From an uncultured Desulfospira sp. (GTDB lineage: Bacteria; Desulfobacterota; Desulfobacteria; Desulfobacterales; Desulfobacteraceae), in NCBI GenBank assembly GCA_963663165.1, contig OY760175.1, positions 224,001 to 288,000 on the forward strand: a stretch of DNA of 64,000 bases, given 5' to 3'. Each line of letters opens with the position of its first letter. Within the stretch, counting starts at the first letter, position 1. The notes beneath the pieces are model-generated. The model had not been told where the DNA came from. It saw nothing but the letters and a program-made list of their open reading frames with translations, and did not search any database. The position numbers and the translations under genes were made by a program. This document shows, one piece after another, positions 8,705-18,056 of the stretch.

Positions 8705-10039
8705 ATGCAACACCTCAATGTTCAGGTAAAAGAATGGCTCCAAGGGTTTAACCAGACGGTCTGGCATTCCCGGCGTGGCGATCGGTCTGCACTCCAGTGG
8801 CTGATGATCCGGCTGGTCCGGACGGCAGTGACGGCGGTTCGGGATTTCGCCCGGCACCATGGGGCGTTGCGGGCTTCGGCGTTGACCTTTTTTACCCTGC
8901 TGTCATTGGTGCCGGTGGCGGCCATGGCATTTGGGATTGCCAAGGGGTTTGGATTTGAACGGCGGCTGCAACAGGAACTTTTGGAAAGCTTTTCCGCCCA
9001 GCAGGAGGTGGTCCAGCAAATCATCGGTTTTGCCCAGAACCTGTTGAACAACACCAAGGGCGGGATGATCGCCGGTATCGGTGTGGTGGTTCTGTTCTGG
9101 TCCGCCATTAAGGTCCTTAGCAATATTGAAGGGTCGTTCAACCATATCTGGGGGGTCCGCTCAAGGCCCCTGGTCCGCAAGCTGAGCGATTATCTGACCA
9201 TCATACTGATCTGCCCGCTGCTCATGGTTCTGTCCAGCAGCCTTACGGTGTTTATTACCCATCAGGTATCGGCCATATCCGGCCGGTTTGAGCTGTTGCA
9301 GATGGTGGGGCCGGTCATTTATGTGATGCTCAAGCTGCTTCCCTTTACCCTGATCTGGGTTTTGTTCACAGTGATATATATTATCATGCCCAACACCCGG
9401 GTCCGCTTTGACGGAGCGCTTTTGGCCGGTGTTATTGCCGGCACCGCTTATCAGGCGGTCCAGGCCGCATATATTCATTTCCAGATTATTGTGGCCAAAT
9501 ACAATGCCATTTACGGAAGTTTTGCGGCCTTGCCCCTGTTTTTAATGTGGCTTCAGATCAGCTGGTTCATCGTCATTATCGGCGCTGAAATTTCCCATGC
9601 CTACCAGCTCTCGGAACACGGTCACCCCACGGCCGGGGGCTGGGAACTGAGCTATGCCGAAACCCAGCTGGCATGCCTTGCCATCTGCCGTTATGTAATT
9701 GTCCGGTTCCACAAAGGGGAACCAGCCATGCCCGCCGAACAGATTGCCGATGCCCTGGCCATCCCCCAGGCCCTGGTGGACCGGCTGATCGGTTTTTTGA
9801 TAAAGGGAAACATCCTGGTCTATACTGAAGCCAGTGGGAACGAACCTCCGGCCGTACAGCCGGCCCAGGATATTGCCCGGCTCACGGTCAGCCGCGTCCT
9901 GAGTGTACTGGCCGATGTGAACAGCGACAGCCGGCACCTGGCCCGGATGCCCGAAGCCAGACGCTTTGAGGCAACCTTGACCCAACTGCGCCATGAATTG
10001 GAGCAGGCCAGTGCCAACAAACTGATCATGGATATTTAG
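8705..10039 (+). CDS. YihY/virulence factor BrkB family membrane protein with C-terminal HTH
   Basis: ASALTFFTLLSLVP, YNAIYGSFAALPLFLMW motifs. Confidence 0.88.
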   Translation: MQHLNVQVKEWLQGFNQTVWHSRRGDRSALQWLMIRLVRTAVTAVRDFARHHGALRASALTFFTLLSLVPVAAMAFGIAKGFGFERRLQQELLESFSAQQEVVQQIIGFAQNLLNNTKGGMIAGIGVVVLFWSAIKVLSNIEGSFNHIWGVRSRPLVRKLSDYLTIILICPLLMVLSSSLTVFITHQVSAISGRFELLQMVGPVIYVMLKLLPFTLIWVLFTVIYIIMPNTRVRFDGALLAGVIAGTAYQAVQAAYIHFQIIVAKYNAIYGSFAALPLFLMWLQISWFIVIIGAEISHAYQLSEHGHPTAGGWELSYAETQLACLAICRYVIVRFHKGEPAMPAEQIADALAIPQALVDRLIGFLIKGNILVYTEASGNEPPAVQPAQDIARLTVSRVLSVLADVNSDSRHLARMPEARRFEATLTQLRHELEQASANKLIMDI

Positions 10040-10042
10040 TGT

Positions 10043-11836
10043 TCAAGCGGACAGTGCCGATTTGACGCATTGGCCGATCTCGGCCAGGCTGTAAGGCTTT
10101 TTAAGGTAGGGCCCTGCGCCCAGTTCCTGCATCTGTTTGACTCGGTCTGTCTCGGCAAACCCGCTGGCAATAATGGTTTTCTGGCCGGGATGGATTTTAA
10201 TGATTTCTTTGTAAGTGTCCAGGCCGTCCATTCCGGGTTCCATGATCATGTCCAGGATGACCAGGTCCACCGAATGGGTTTTAAGAAAGGATACGGCATC
10301 TTCTCCGCTGGCTGCCGCATGGGTCTGGTAGCCCAGTTTGGACAAGAGCAGGGTGCCAATGCTGCGCTGTTCTTCAATATCATCCACGATCAGAATCTGC
10401 TGTCCCTGTCCTTTCCATTCTATGACCGGCGGGTCTGTGGGGTGGGCCAGGGGCTGGCGGGGAACCGGAAAATAAATAAAAATCCGGGTTCCTTTTTCAG
10501 GCTCGCTTTTCAGGTCAATGTACCCGTGGTGGTCTTTTACGGTTCCCCAGACCACGGCCATGCCAAGACCGGTTCCGCTTTTGCCCATCACTTTTTTGGT
10601 GTAAAACGGCTCAAATATCCGCTGAATGTCCTCCGGATAAATGCCCTCGCCGGTATCTGTCACCTCAAGGACAACATAGTCTCCCGCTTTAATCGTTTCA
10701 TATCCTTGAGCGGGATGGTCCAGATACTGGTTTGAAGTTGAAATCATAATGGTGCCCACCTGGTGGCAGGCCTCTACCGCATTGGTGACAAGGTTCATGA
10801 CGGTTTTGGACAGGTGAACCAAAGACCCCTGGATATGGGGAAGATCCGGTGCCAGATCGGTTAGGATCTTGATTTCCGGGTTAAAGCCCTTGACCCTTTT
10901 AAATTCGGGGGAGGACAGATATTCCTGTATGACACTGTTCAGCTGAACCGGCTGCATGGTTGGCACATTCCTGCGGGCCAGGGTCAGCAGGTCCTGGACG
11001 ATCAAGGCGGCTCTCTCGCCAGATTTACGCATGGTTAAAATGGGTTCCCGTAAGGGGCTGTCCCGGGGGAGGTCCAGGAGCAGCAGATCCGGATAGCTGA
11101 CCAGTCCGCTTAAAATGTTGTTCAGGTCATGGGCGACGCCGCCGGCGAGCATGCCCACGGTTTCCATTTTTTCAGACCTCTGGAGCTGCTCCGCCAGCCG
11201 TTTTTCTTCGCTGATATCATTTAGAAAGTTTAAGGTGGCAAATTCATTTTCCCATTTGATCGGGGTGGTGTTCAACCTGACCCATATGGTTTTGTTTTTG
11301 TTGTTCACCAGGCGGAAAGTGCATTTCCTGGCCGACCCGGCCGCCGGCTGCTGGGCAATATACCGGCGCATAAAGTCCTGGTCGTCGGGGTGGATGAACC
11401 GGACAATGGGCTGGTCTGTCATTTCCTCAACACTCATCCCCGCTAGCAGGGACGCCCTGGGGTTTACAAATTTGAGCCGCTGTCCCTGGGAGACAAAAAT
11501 CGCCTCGCTGGCATGATTGATCAGGGTGCTGTATTTGGCTTCGCTGTCCCGAAAGGCCGCCTCAGCCCGGTTTTTAGTAACCAGAACTTCAAAAAGAACC
11601 ATGCCGGCCACCAGAAAAAGCGTGATAACGACCATCCGGGAGACGAACTGATAGGGAGAAACCCGCAGCATCAGGGTGTCCACCAGGGAGCCCGGCTCTG
11701 TATACATAAGGGTGTGCAGGTTACGTTCAAAAGAAAGATAGGACCAGAAGCTGTCAATTACCCAATATATCAGGCAAAAGAGAAGCAAAAGGGCGTAATA
11801 CTTCAACCGGGTGGCATTACTGGGGGGAATTTGCAT
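10043..11836 (-). CDS. Hybrid sensor histidine kinase (TM-PAS-HisKA-HATPase-REC)
   Basis: AHDLNN H-box, NLVTNA, DTGEGI, GTGLG; receiver domain VDD...LDMIM. Confidence 0.93.
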   Translation of the reverse strand: MQIPPSNATRLKYYALLLLFCLIYWVIDSFWSYLSFERNLHTLMYTEPGSLVDTLMLRVSPYQFVSRMVVITLFLVAGMVLFEVLVTKNRAEAAFRDSEAKYSTLINHASEAIFVSQGQRLKFVNPRASLLAGMSVEEMTDQPIVRFIHPDDQDFMRRYIAQQPAAGSARKCTFRLVNNKNKTIWVRLNTTPIKWENEFATLNFLNDISEEKRLAEQLQRSEKMETVGMLAGGVAHDLNNILSGLVSYPDLLLLDLPRDSPLREPILTMRKSGERAALIVQDLLTLARRNVPTMQPVQLNSVIQEYLSSPEFKRVKGFNPEIKILTDLAPDLPHIQGSLVHLSKTVMNLVTNAVEACHQVGTIMISTSNQYLDHPAQGYETIKAGDYVVLEVTDTGEGIYPEDIQRIFEPFYTKKVMGKSGTGLGMAVVWGTVKDHHGYIDLKSEPEKGTRIFIYFPVPRQPLAHPTDPPVIEWKGQGQQILIVDDIEEQRSIGTLLLSKLGYQTHAAASGEDAVSFLKTHSVDLVILDMIMEPGMDGLDTYKEIIKIHPGQKTIIASGFAETDRVKQMQELGAGPYLKKPYSLAEIGQCVKSALSA

Positions 11837-12989
11837 AGATTTTTTTGGATATCCTTAAAATCCCGGCAGGGGGCTGAAACTCAATGGCCCGGGCTGTGTC
11901 CATGTTGATGACCAGGTCCAGGGGGTCCGGCAGTTCCTGATTGAGATCCCGGGGGGTTGCCCCCTTTAAGATGTCAATCATCTTTTTGGCATCATACAGG
12001 CCCTGTGCCCGGTACCCCTCGTCGGTGGAGATGCTCAGGAGAATCCCCTTTTCCACATATTTTGACCCCACCATTGAAAACGAGGGGATTTTGTTTTTGT
12101 TCAGTACGCCGACCATTTGATCAATCTGCTCATCAAGGGCCAGCATGGCTGTAACGTAAAAGGCATCAGCCTTCTTTGCCACCTGTTTCATACACGCGAT
12201 ACATTCCCGGCCTGAGGTCTCCCGGTCCGGTGTGCTGTCAATGAAGGTGCAGCGAATAATGTTAAAATGGCGCTCTTGGGCCACCATTTCCAGTTCGTTA
12301 ATCGCGGAGTACAATCTGCCGTCATCAGAGTCCTCGTAAATCACGCCAAGGTTTTTAAACCCCACGATGCGGTGGAACATGCGGATCTGTCTGATGTACC
12401 GTTTTGAATCCACCCGGGCGGTGACATGATCTATCCCTGAATCCTGTGTGCTTTGAATAATACCGGCCTGAATCGGATTGGAAGTGGACGTCACCAGGGT
12501 GGGAACGTGGTGGCTAAGGTTGGAAAGGTCCTGGCCCGCCCAGGTTCCCATGGCAATGACCAGGTCAATATTGCCGCTGTTCAGGAGGTCTAAGACGGTT
12601 TGCTTAACTTGCTTTCGCCTGTCCTCGGACCATCCGGCACTGAATGCGTTTTCCATGGCAAAGGAAAGGCGGCTGCTCTTTGCCTGGGATGACAGCCATT
12701 GCCAATAGGGTTTGTCCACATTCCCTTTAAGGAGCGGCACAGGGGTTTTTTCAATCCACCCATAGTGGATCAGCCCATGGATGATGGCCCTCATGCAGTC
12801 GGTATAATCGCTGTAGTGCCCGCCTTCATAATAAGCAATCTGGAATTTGCCGGCCTTGCCTGAGGTCTGATGGGACGAATTGTCCGTTTCAGCACAAACA
12901 GAGCCTGTGCCGGTGAAGAAAAAAATCAGGGTCCCCAAAAATATGCCGATCCAGGCAGGGGGCCTGCGGTTGGATGTTGTACGCATCAT
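11817..12989 (-). CDS. ABC-type substrate-binding protein, probably the sensing partner of the kinase
   Basis: Signal peptide; AMGTWAG, LVINMDTARAI motifs; overlaps the kinase start. Start chosen at MMRTTS. Confidence 0.75.
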   Translation of the reverse strand: MMRTTSNRRPPAWIGIFLGTLIFFFTGTGSVCAETDNSSHQTSGKAGKFQIAYYEGGHYSDYTDCMRAIIHGLIHYGWIEKTPVPLLKGNVDKPYWQWLSSQAKSSRLSFAMENAFSAGWSEDRRKQVKQTVLDLLNSGNIDLVIAMGTWAGQDLSNLSHHVPTLVTSTSNPIQAGIIQSTQDSGIDHVTARVDSKRYIRQIRMFHRIVGFKNLGVIYEDSDDGRLYSAINELEMVAQERHFNIIRCTFIDSTPDRETSGRECIACMKQVAKKADAFYVTAMLALDEQIDQMVGVLNKNKIPSFSMVGSKYVEKGILLSISTDEGYRAQGLYDAKKMIDILKGATPRDLNQELPDPLDLVINMDTARAIEFQPPAGILRISKKIYANSPQ

Positions 12990-13151
12990 TGTTGGCTTCT
13001 TTGATTCGAATTTTATGTATTTGTTCCTGACCGCTATAGTAACACTATTGCAAAAGAAAATTAAGGCGGAAACAATTTCTTTTTTAAGGCCCGGGGTGAT
13101 CGCATGTAACTTGCCGGCCGGTGATGTCAATTTTGATGATAAGGATAGTGA

Positions 13152-13228
13152 TGTATAAAATTGGGACTTGGGGAGGCCACGGATACGGCAATCCCCAAGT
13201 CCCATATCCCAAGTCCCAAGTCTATTAT
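13152..13228. repeat. Palindromic heptamer-repeat (TCCCAAG) REP-like element
   Basis: TTGGGACTTGGGGA...TCCCCAAGTCCCATATCCCAAGTCCCAAG; its two ends match 21505-21590 and 22021-22068 in reverse complement. Confidence 0.7.
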
Positions 13229-13476
13229 AATTGGATTATCCTTAATTCCCCATTCCAGGATGGATTGTTTTTTTACATGCGATTGCCCTGTGCTATTTCT
13301 ACAGTGCTGACGCATGAAAATTTATAGTCAATGATATCAATGACGCAGCTCGATATCCAAAATTATTTTGTCGCAAAATTTAAATAGACAAAATTTCGGC
13401 CTTTTGATAATGTAGCATAGGGTACGAATGAGCGCCCCCCCCCAATCGAGACACTACATTTGAAGAGGAGGATGTC

Positions 13477-14352
13477 GTGATTGTCCAATGTGGCCGGAAA
13501 ATTAAAGACGAAGAGCTTATACAGATTTGCGAGACAGTAGAGACCTTTTCGAATTTGAGTCAGACTGAACTGGCTCATACAATATGCGAACATTTGGGCT
13601 GGTATACCGCTTCTGGTAGGAACAAGGTGGATGCCTGCCGGAAATTGCTTCTGCGACTGGAGTCCCAAGGTCTCATACGGTTGCCTGAAAAAGAGAAACT
13701 CGGTCCCATAAAGGGCTCTCAACAGAAACTGCCGGTAGCGGACGACAGGACCCAGCCCCAAGATAAGGTAGCGGGCACGCTTTCGGATATCGGGCCGATC
13801 GTTGTCAGGGTCGCACAAGACACGGAAGAACGCTCACTGGTTAATGAATACCTGCACCGTTACCATTATCTTGGCTACAAGCGGCCGTTCGGATGTCATC
13901 TGCGTTATTTGATACAAGCTCAAGAGCGCATATTGGGATGTATGCTGTTCTCAGGGGCGGCCAAGGCGCTGACCCCGAGGGATCGATGGATCGGCTGGAG
14001 CACCAACGAACGCTTAAGAAACTTGGGATTTGTTGTAAACAATGGACGCTTCCTGATTTTTCCGTGGGTCAAGGTCCGGTATCTGGCAAGTCACGTATTG
14101 GGTAAAATTGTCAGAGATCTGGTGCAAGACTGGGAGCGGAGCTGGGGGTATCGGCCGGCTTTGCTGGAGACCTTTGTCGACCCACAACACTTCGATGGGA
14201 CGTGCTATCGGGCGGCCAATTTTAGACACCTTGGCATGACCAGCGGAAAGGGGCTTGTCCGGCAGGGTAGAAGTTACAGGACCAGTCCCAAAAAAATCTT
14301 CGTTTATCCGCTGGTGAATAATTTCCGTCAGGTTTTGAGGCAGATCGGATGA
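13477..14352 (+). CDS. DUF4338 (DruA-family) protein, IS passenger
   Basis: GTG start after GAGGAGG; same motifs as 1513-2388; stop overlaps the transposase start (ATGA). Confidence 0.88.
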   Translation: MIVQCGRKIKDEELIQICETVETFSNLSQTELAHTICEHLGWYTASGRNKVDACRKLLLRLESQGLIRLPEKEKLGPIKGSQQKLPVADDRTQPQDKVAGTLSDIGPIVVRVAQDTEERSLVNEYLHRYHYLGYKRPFGCHLRYLIQAQERILGCMLFSGAAKALTPRDRWIGWSTNERLRNLGFVVNNGRFLIFPWVKVRYLASHVLGKIVRDLVQDWERSWGYRPALLETFVDPQHFDGTCYRAANFRHLGMTSGKGLVRQGRSYRTSPKKIFVYPLVNNFRQVLRQIG

Positions 14353-15875
14353 GCAAGCCTAGCCGACGCCCCAATCGTGAGGAGATAAAGGCCAAAATAA
14401 AGCAGTTTAAAAAGGAGCAGAGAAAATTACGTCGGGATGAAGAGGCCAGGGGATTTCAGCCGCCCTCTCATGGCACAATTTCTAACTGCAAATGCCGATA
14501 TGAAAGTGTAGAACAGGAGGGGCGCATCCGCAATGAGGCCGTGGCTGAGAAAATGAGTATTTTTCGCGCTAAGCTGCCCATTCTGCTCAAACGTATGGCC
14601 AAGATTGAAGACCCTCGAAACCCTAAGAAGATAAAACACCAAATATCCACACTCATGATCTATGGGATACTGACCTTTGTGTTTCAGATGGCTTCTTGCC
14701 GTGAGGCCAACAAAGAAATGAGCCGGCCGATGTTCTGGAAGAATCTTCAATATTTTTTCCCGGAGCTTGAAACGCTTCCCCATCATGATACGTTAAAACG
14801 CCTATTGTCTAAGATTGATATCAATCAAATCAAGAAGCTTCATCTCGATCTGGTCAGAGATCTGATCCGGAAAAAGAAATTTCGACGGTACCTGGTCAAT
14901 GGCTGTTATCCGATTGCCATAGATGGTACCGGTAAATTCAAACGCGACTGGCTTTGGGATGAAGAGTGCCTGGAACGTAACATCAAGAAAGAGGATGGCA
15001 CCAGGAAACAGTATCATGTCTATGTTCTGGAAGCTAATCTTGCGTTTTCCGATGGCATGAGCATTCCGCTGATAAGCGAAATCCTGAGCTACACCGAAGG
15101 AGATACCGCTAATGATAAGCAGGACTGCGAACTCAAGGCGTTTTACCGGTTAGCCTCTTGCCTGAAGGCGGCATTTCCCGCCCTAAAAATTATGGTGCTT
15201 TTGGATGGGCTTTATGCCAATGGCCCCGTGGCAGAAATTTGCCGAACAAACAAATGGCAGTTCATGATTGTACTGAAAGATGACGCTCTACCCAGCGTAA
15301 TGAATGAATTTGAAACGCTTGCCGCACTCGATACAGAAAACTGCCACCAACACACATGGGGCAATAGGAAACAGGTTTTTCGGTGGATCAACGCCATTGA
15401 CTACCGGTTTGGTCCGAACGGCAAGAAAAGTCAAATCCTGCACGTTGTTGAATGCAAAGAGAGCTGGAAAGAGGTTAGCCGGGAAAGCGGTCAACCGGAA
15501 AAGAAAAATAGTCGTCATGTGTGGTTGTCCAGCGAACCTTTGGACAGATTTAATCTTCACGAACGATGCAACATAGCCGCCCGTTCCCGTTGGTGTATTG
15601 AAACCGGTATTCTCGTTGAGAAACATCATGGATATGAGTACGAGCACTGTTTTTCGTATGATTGGAACGTCATGAAAGGGTATCATGCCTTGATGCGCCT
15701 GGGCCATATGTTTAACGTTTTGGCCAGATACTCGCAGCGGCTTGCCAGGATTATTGAAGATACCGGCGCACGGGGCCTGATTCGTTTAGTCCGGGATACC
15801 ATGTCCGGCCCGTGGCTGGATTACATGTGGCTGGAAGATCGTCTGTCCACTCCCTTTCAACTCCGATTAGTATGA
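14349..15875 (+). CDS. DDE transposase (ISAs1/ISNCY-like)
   Basis: DPR...KIKH N-terminal motif; IAIDGT, KQDCE, LLDGLY, RSRWCIE catalytic motifs. Confidence 0.88.
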   Translation: MSKPSRRPNREEIKAKIKQFKKEQRKLRRDEEARGFQPPSHGTISNCKCRYESVEQEGRIRNEAVAEKMSIFRAKLPILLKRMAKIEDPRNPKKIKHQISTLMIYGILTFVFQMASCREANKEMSRPMFWKNLQYFFPELETLPHHDTLKRLLSKIDINQIKKLHLDLVRDLIRKKKFRRYLVNGCYPIAIDGTGKFKRDWLWDEECLERNIKKEDGTRKQYHVYVLEANLAFSDGMSIPLISEILSYTEGDTANDKQDCELKAFYRLASCLKAAFPALKIMVLLDGLYANGPVAEICRTNKWQFMIVLKDDALPSVMNEFETLAALDTENCHQHTWGNRKQVFRWINAIDYRFGPNGKKSQILHVVECKESWKEVSRESGQPEKKNSRHVWLSSEPLDRFNLHERCNIAARSRWCIETGILVEKHHGYEYEHCFSYDWNVMKGYHALMRLGHMFNVLARYSQRLARIIEDTGARGLIRLVRDTMSGPWLDYMWLEDRLSTPFQLRLV

Positions 15876-16240
15876 CGGCAACGACGGACGGGTAATCGAA
15901 AACACTCTCCCAAGCAGAGAGGTGGGAACGCTATGTTCGGACCGAAGGACCGTCTATCGTTTCGGCCATAGTCAGTGTCTGAAGGACTGCCTTTTTGAAT
16001 TAAAAAAGGCTGGATCTCCCCCCAAAGGGAGTGGTTAGATCGACTAAAGCCAACCTTTTTTTATTCATGCGTCAGCACTGCTATTTCTAATCAATTGTTG
16101 ACACAAAGATCCCCCTGTGATAATAGAATCAGGTTTACAGCCCAAGTGAGGCGTGATGCATGGAAGATGACAGCGGGTGACTGAAAAGCGGCCGCTTTTG
16201 ATTTTATACCCCAAACCAGAGAAATGCAGGATAAAAAATT

Positions 16241-16513
16241 ATGATTTGTACAACGGTCAGAGAAGGTGATGATTGTGTATTTATGACGGCTGCCGGATGC
16301 AGCTACAACGAAGGAAACTGCCTGCCCATTATTGATCAGTGCCTGGGCTGCCGCAGGATTGTTGAAAAAGCGGCTGGCCAGTATTGCACGGCTGCCCCGG
16401 ATCCTTCTTTGAAGTGGCAAAACGGCAACTGCAACTTGGCCACCCATATTAAAACCGTTACTGAAACCAAAAAACAAAAAATCAACCCGATCAAGGCATC
16501 CAAGAGAAGATAG
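16241..16513 (+). CDS. PxxKW family cysteine-rich protein
   Basis: Eight Cys, PSLKW, CNLATH, KINPIKASKR. Confidence 0.8.
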   Translation: MICTTVREGDDCVFMTAAGCSYNEGNCLPIIDQCLGCRRIVEKAAGQYCTAAPDPSLKWQNGNCNLATHIKTVTETKKQKINPIKASKRR

Positions 16514-16614
16514 CGGTTTTTTTTGTTTCCAGAACTTTTGTCCCGGCGTTAACCGGCCCCTCCGGAATGGGGGTGGGTTAAGCCGCAGGGGTTTAGGGTT
16601 CTTTCAAATATTAT

Positions 16615-16667
16615 CAAACTCTGCGATTGCCATGACCGCATATGGCCGCAGAGTTTGTCTTTTTTTT
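16615..16667 (+). terminator. Intrinsic terminator
   Basis: CAAACTCTGCG...CGCAGAGTTTG followed by a T-run. Confidence 0.6.
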
Positions 16668-16731
16668 GCGGTACCCACGGTTTGCCATGACAGCAGATAT
16701 TTTTTCAACGTTGATTTAAGAAAAGGTTGCC

Positions 16732-18054
16732 ATGAACGCGTTAGCACAGGAACTGAACGCTATTATTCAAAAATCTAACCCCCATGTTTATGAAATGCTT
16801 TCCGACATGGGAAAAGCCTTATATTTCCCCAAGGGAATTTTAAGCCAGAGTGCGGAAGCCAAGGAAAAGGCCTACCGGATAAACGCCACCATCGGCATTG
16901 CCAAAGAAGGGTCTAAGGTGTTGAGCCTTCCCTCGGTGACCCAGCACATAACGGGGATTTCCCCGGATGAGTATTTGCCCTATGCCCCGTCATTCGGGAT
17001 TCCGGCCCTGCGCAAAACCTGGCAGGAAGAACTGTACAAAAAAAATCCTTCCCTTAAAGGCAAGTCCGTCAGTCTTCCCGTGGTCACCGCCGGCATTACC
17101 CACGGGGTGAGCATTTTGTCCGACATGTGGGTGAACAAAGGGGATGTGATTGTCCTGCCCGATATGATGTGGGGCAATTACGGCATGACCTTCGGCATCA
17201 GAAACAGCGCCAAAATGGTCCATTACCAGACCTTTACTCAGGATCTGAGCCGGTTTAACGTGGATTCTTTTAAACAGGTCATGCAGGAACAGGCAAAGCA
17301 CAATGAAAAGATCGTCACGGTTCTTAATTTCCCCCACAACCCCAGCGGGTACACCTTAAGCCGTGATGAAGCCGATAAGATCGCAGCCGTGCTGATTGAA
17401 ATAGCCCAGAACGGCACCAACGTGGTGGCGGCATTTGATGACGCCTATTTTGGCCTGTTTTTTGAAGAAGAAACCTGCAAGGAATCCATTTTTGCCAAAG
17501 TGGCCGGCAAGGAAAAACGGCTGCTGGCCATCAAGCTTGACGGGGCCACCAAAGAGGATTATGTCTGGGGATTCAGGACCGGGTTTGTCACCTATGGCAT
17601 CTGCGCTAAAGAGGGCTTGGACGACACTTACCTGGCCCTTGAGAAAAAAACCGGCGGCTGTATCCGGGGAAACATTTCCAATTGTTCCCATTTGAGTCAG
17701 ACCATTTTGCTCAAAGCCATGTCGGAACCGGATTACCAGGCCCAGAAGCAGGAAAAATTTGATCTGATGAAGGCCCGTGCCACGGCAATCAAACAGGTCC
17801 TCAAAGATCCCAAATACAAGGACGGGTTCGATGCTTATCCCTTCAACTCAGGGTATTTCATGTGCATCCGGCTCAAAAACAACGTGGACGCGGAAACCTT
17901 GCGGATTCACCTGCTGGACAAATACGGGGTGGGATTGATATCCATTGGAAAGCGCAACTTAAGGGTGGCATTTTCCTGCCTTGAACAAACGGATACCAAA
18001 GAACTTTTTGATACGATTTTAAACGGGATAAACGAGCTGTGTAACATCACCTGA
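16732..18054 (+). CDS. Class I/II PLP-dependent aminotransferase
   Basis: NFPHNPSG, DDAYFG, DGATKE..WGFRTG. Confidence 0.88.
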   Translation: MNALAQELNAIIQKSNPHVYEMLSDMGKALYFPKGILSQSAEAKEKAYRINATIGIAKEGSKVLSLPSVTQHITGISPDEYLPYAPSFGIPALRKTWQEELYKKNPSLKGKSVSLPVVTAGITHGVSILSDMWVNKGDVIVLPDMMWGNYGMTFGIRNSAKMVHYQTFTQDLSRFNVDSFKQVMQEQAKHNEKIVTVLNFPHNPSGYTLSRDEADKIAAVLIEIAQNGTNVVAAFDDAYFGLFFEEETCKESIFAKVAGKEKRLLAIKLDGATKEDYVWGFRTGFVTYGICAKEGLDDTYLALEKKTGGCIRGNISNCSHLSQTILLKAMSEPDYQAQKQEKFDLMKARATAIKQVLKDPKYKDGFDAYPFNSGYFMCIRLKNNVDAETLRIHLLDKYGVGLISIGKRNLRVAFSCLEQTDTKELFDTILNGINELCNIT

Positions 18055-18056
18055 TC

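Larger units (their letters stand above)
13302..16080 (+). mobile_element. Complete 2779-bp IS (DUF4338 + DDE transposase), copy 2
   Basis: Perfect 17-bp IRs CAGTGCTGACGCATGAA (13302-13318, 16064-16080); 9-bp TSD CTATTTCTA (13293-13301, 16081-16089). Confidence 0.96.

Noticed and set aside
1513..14352. Complete Druantia defence system
   Set aside because: No DruE helicase or other Dru genes in the window; each DUF4338 gene is tied to a transposase.
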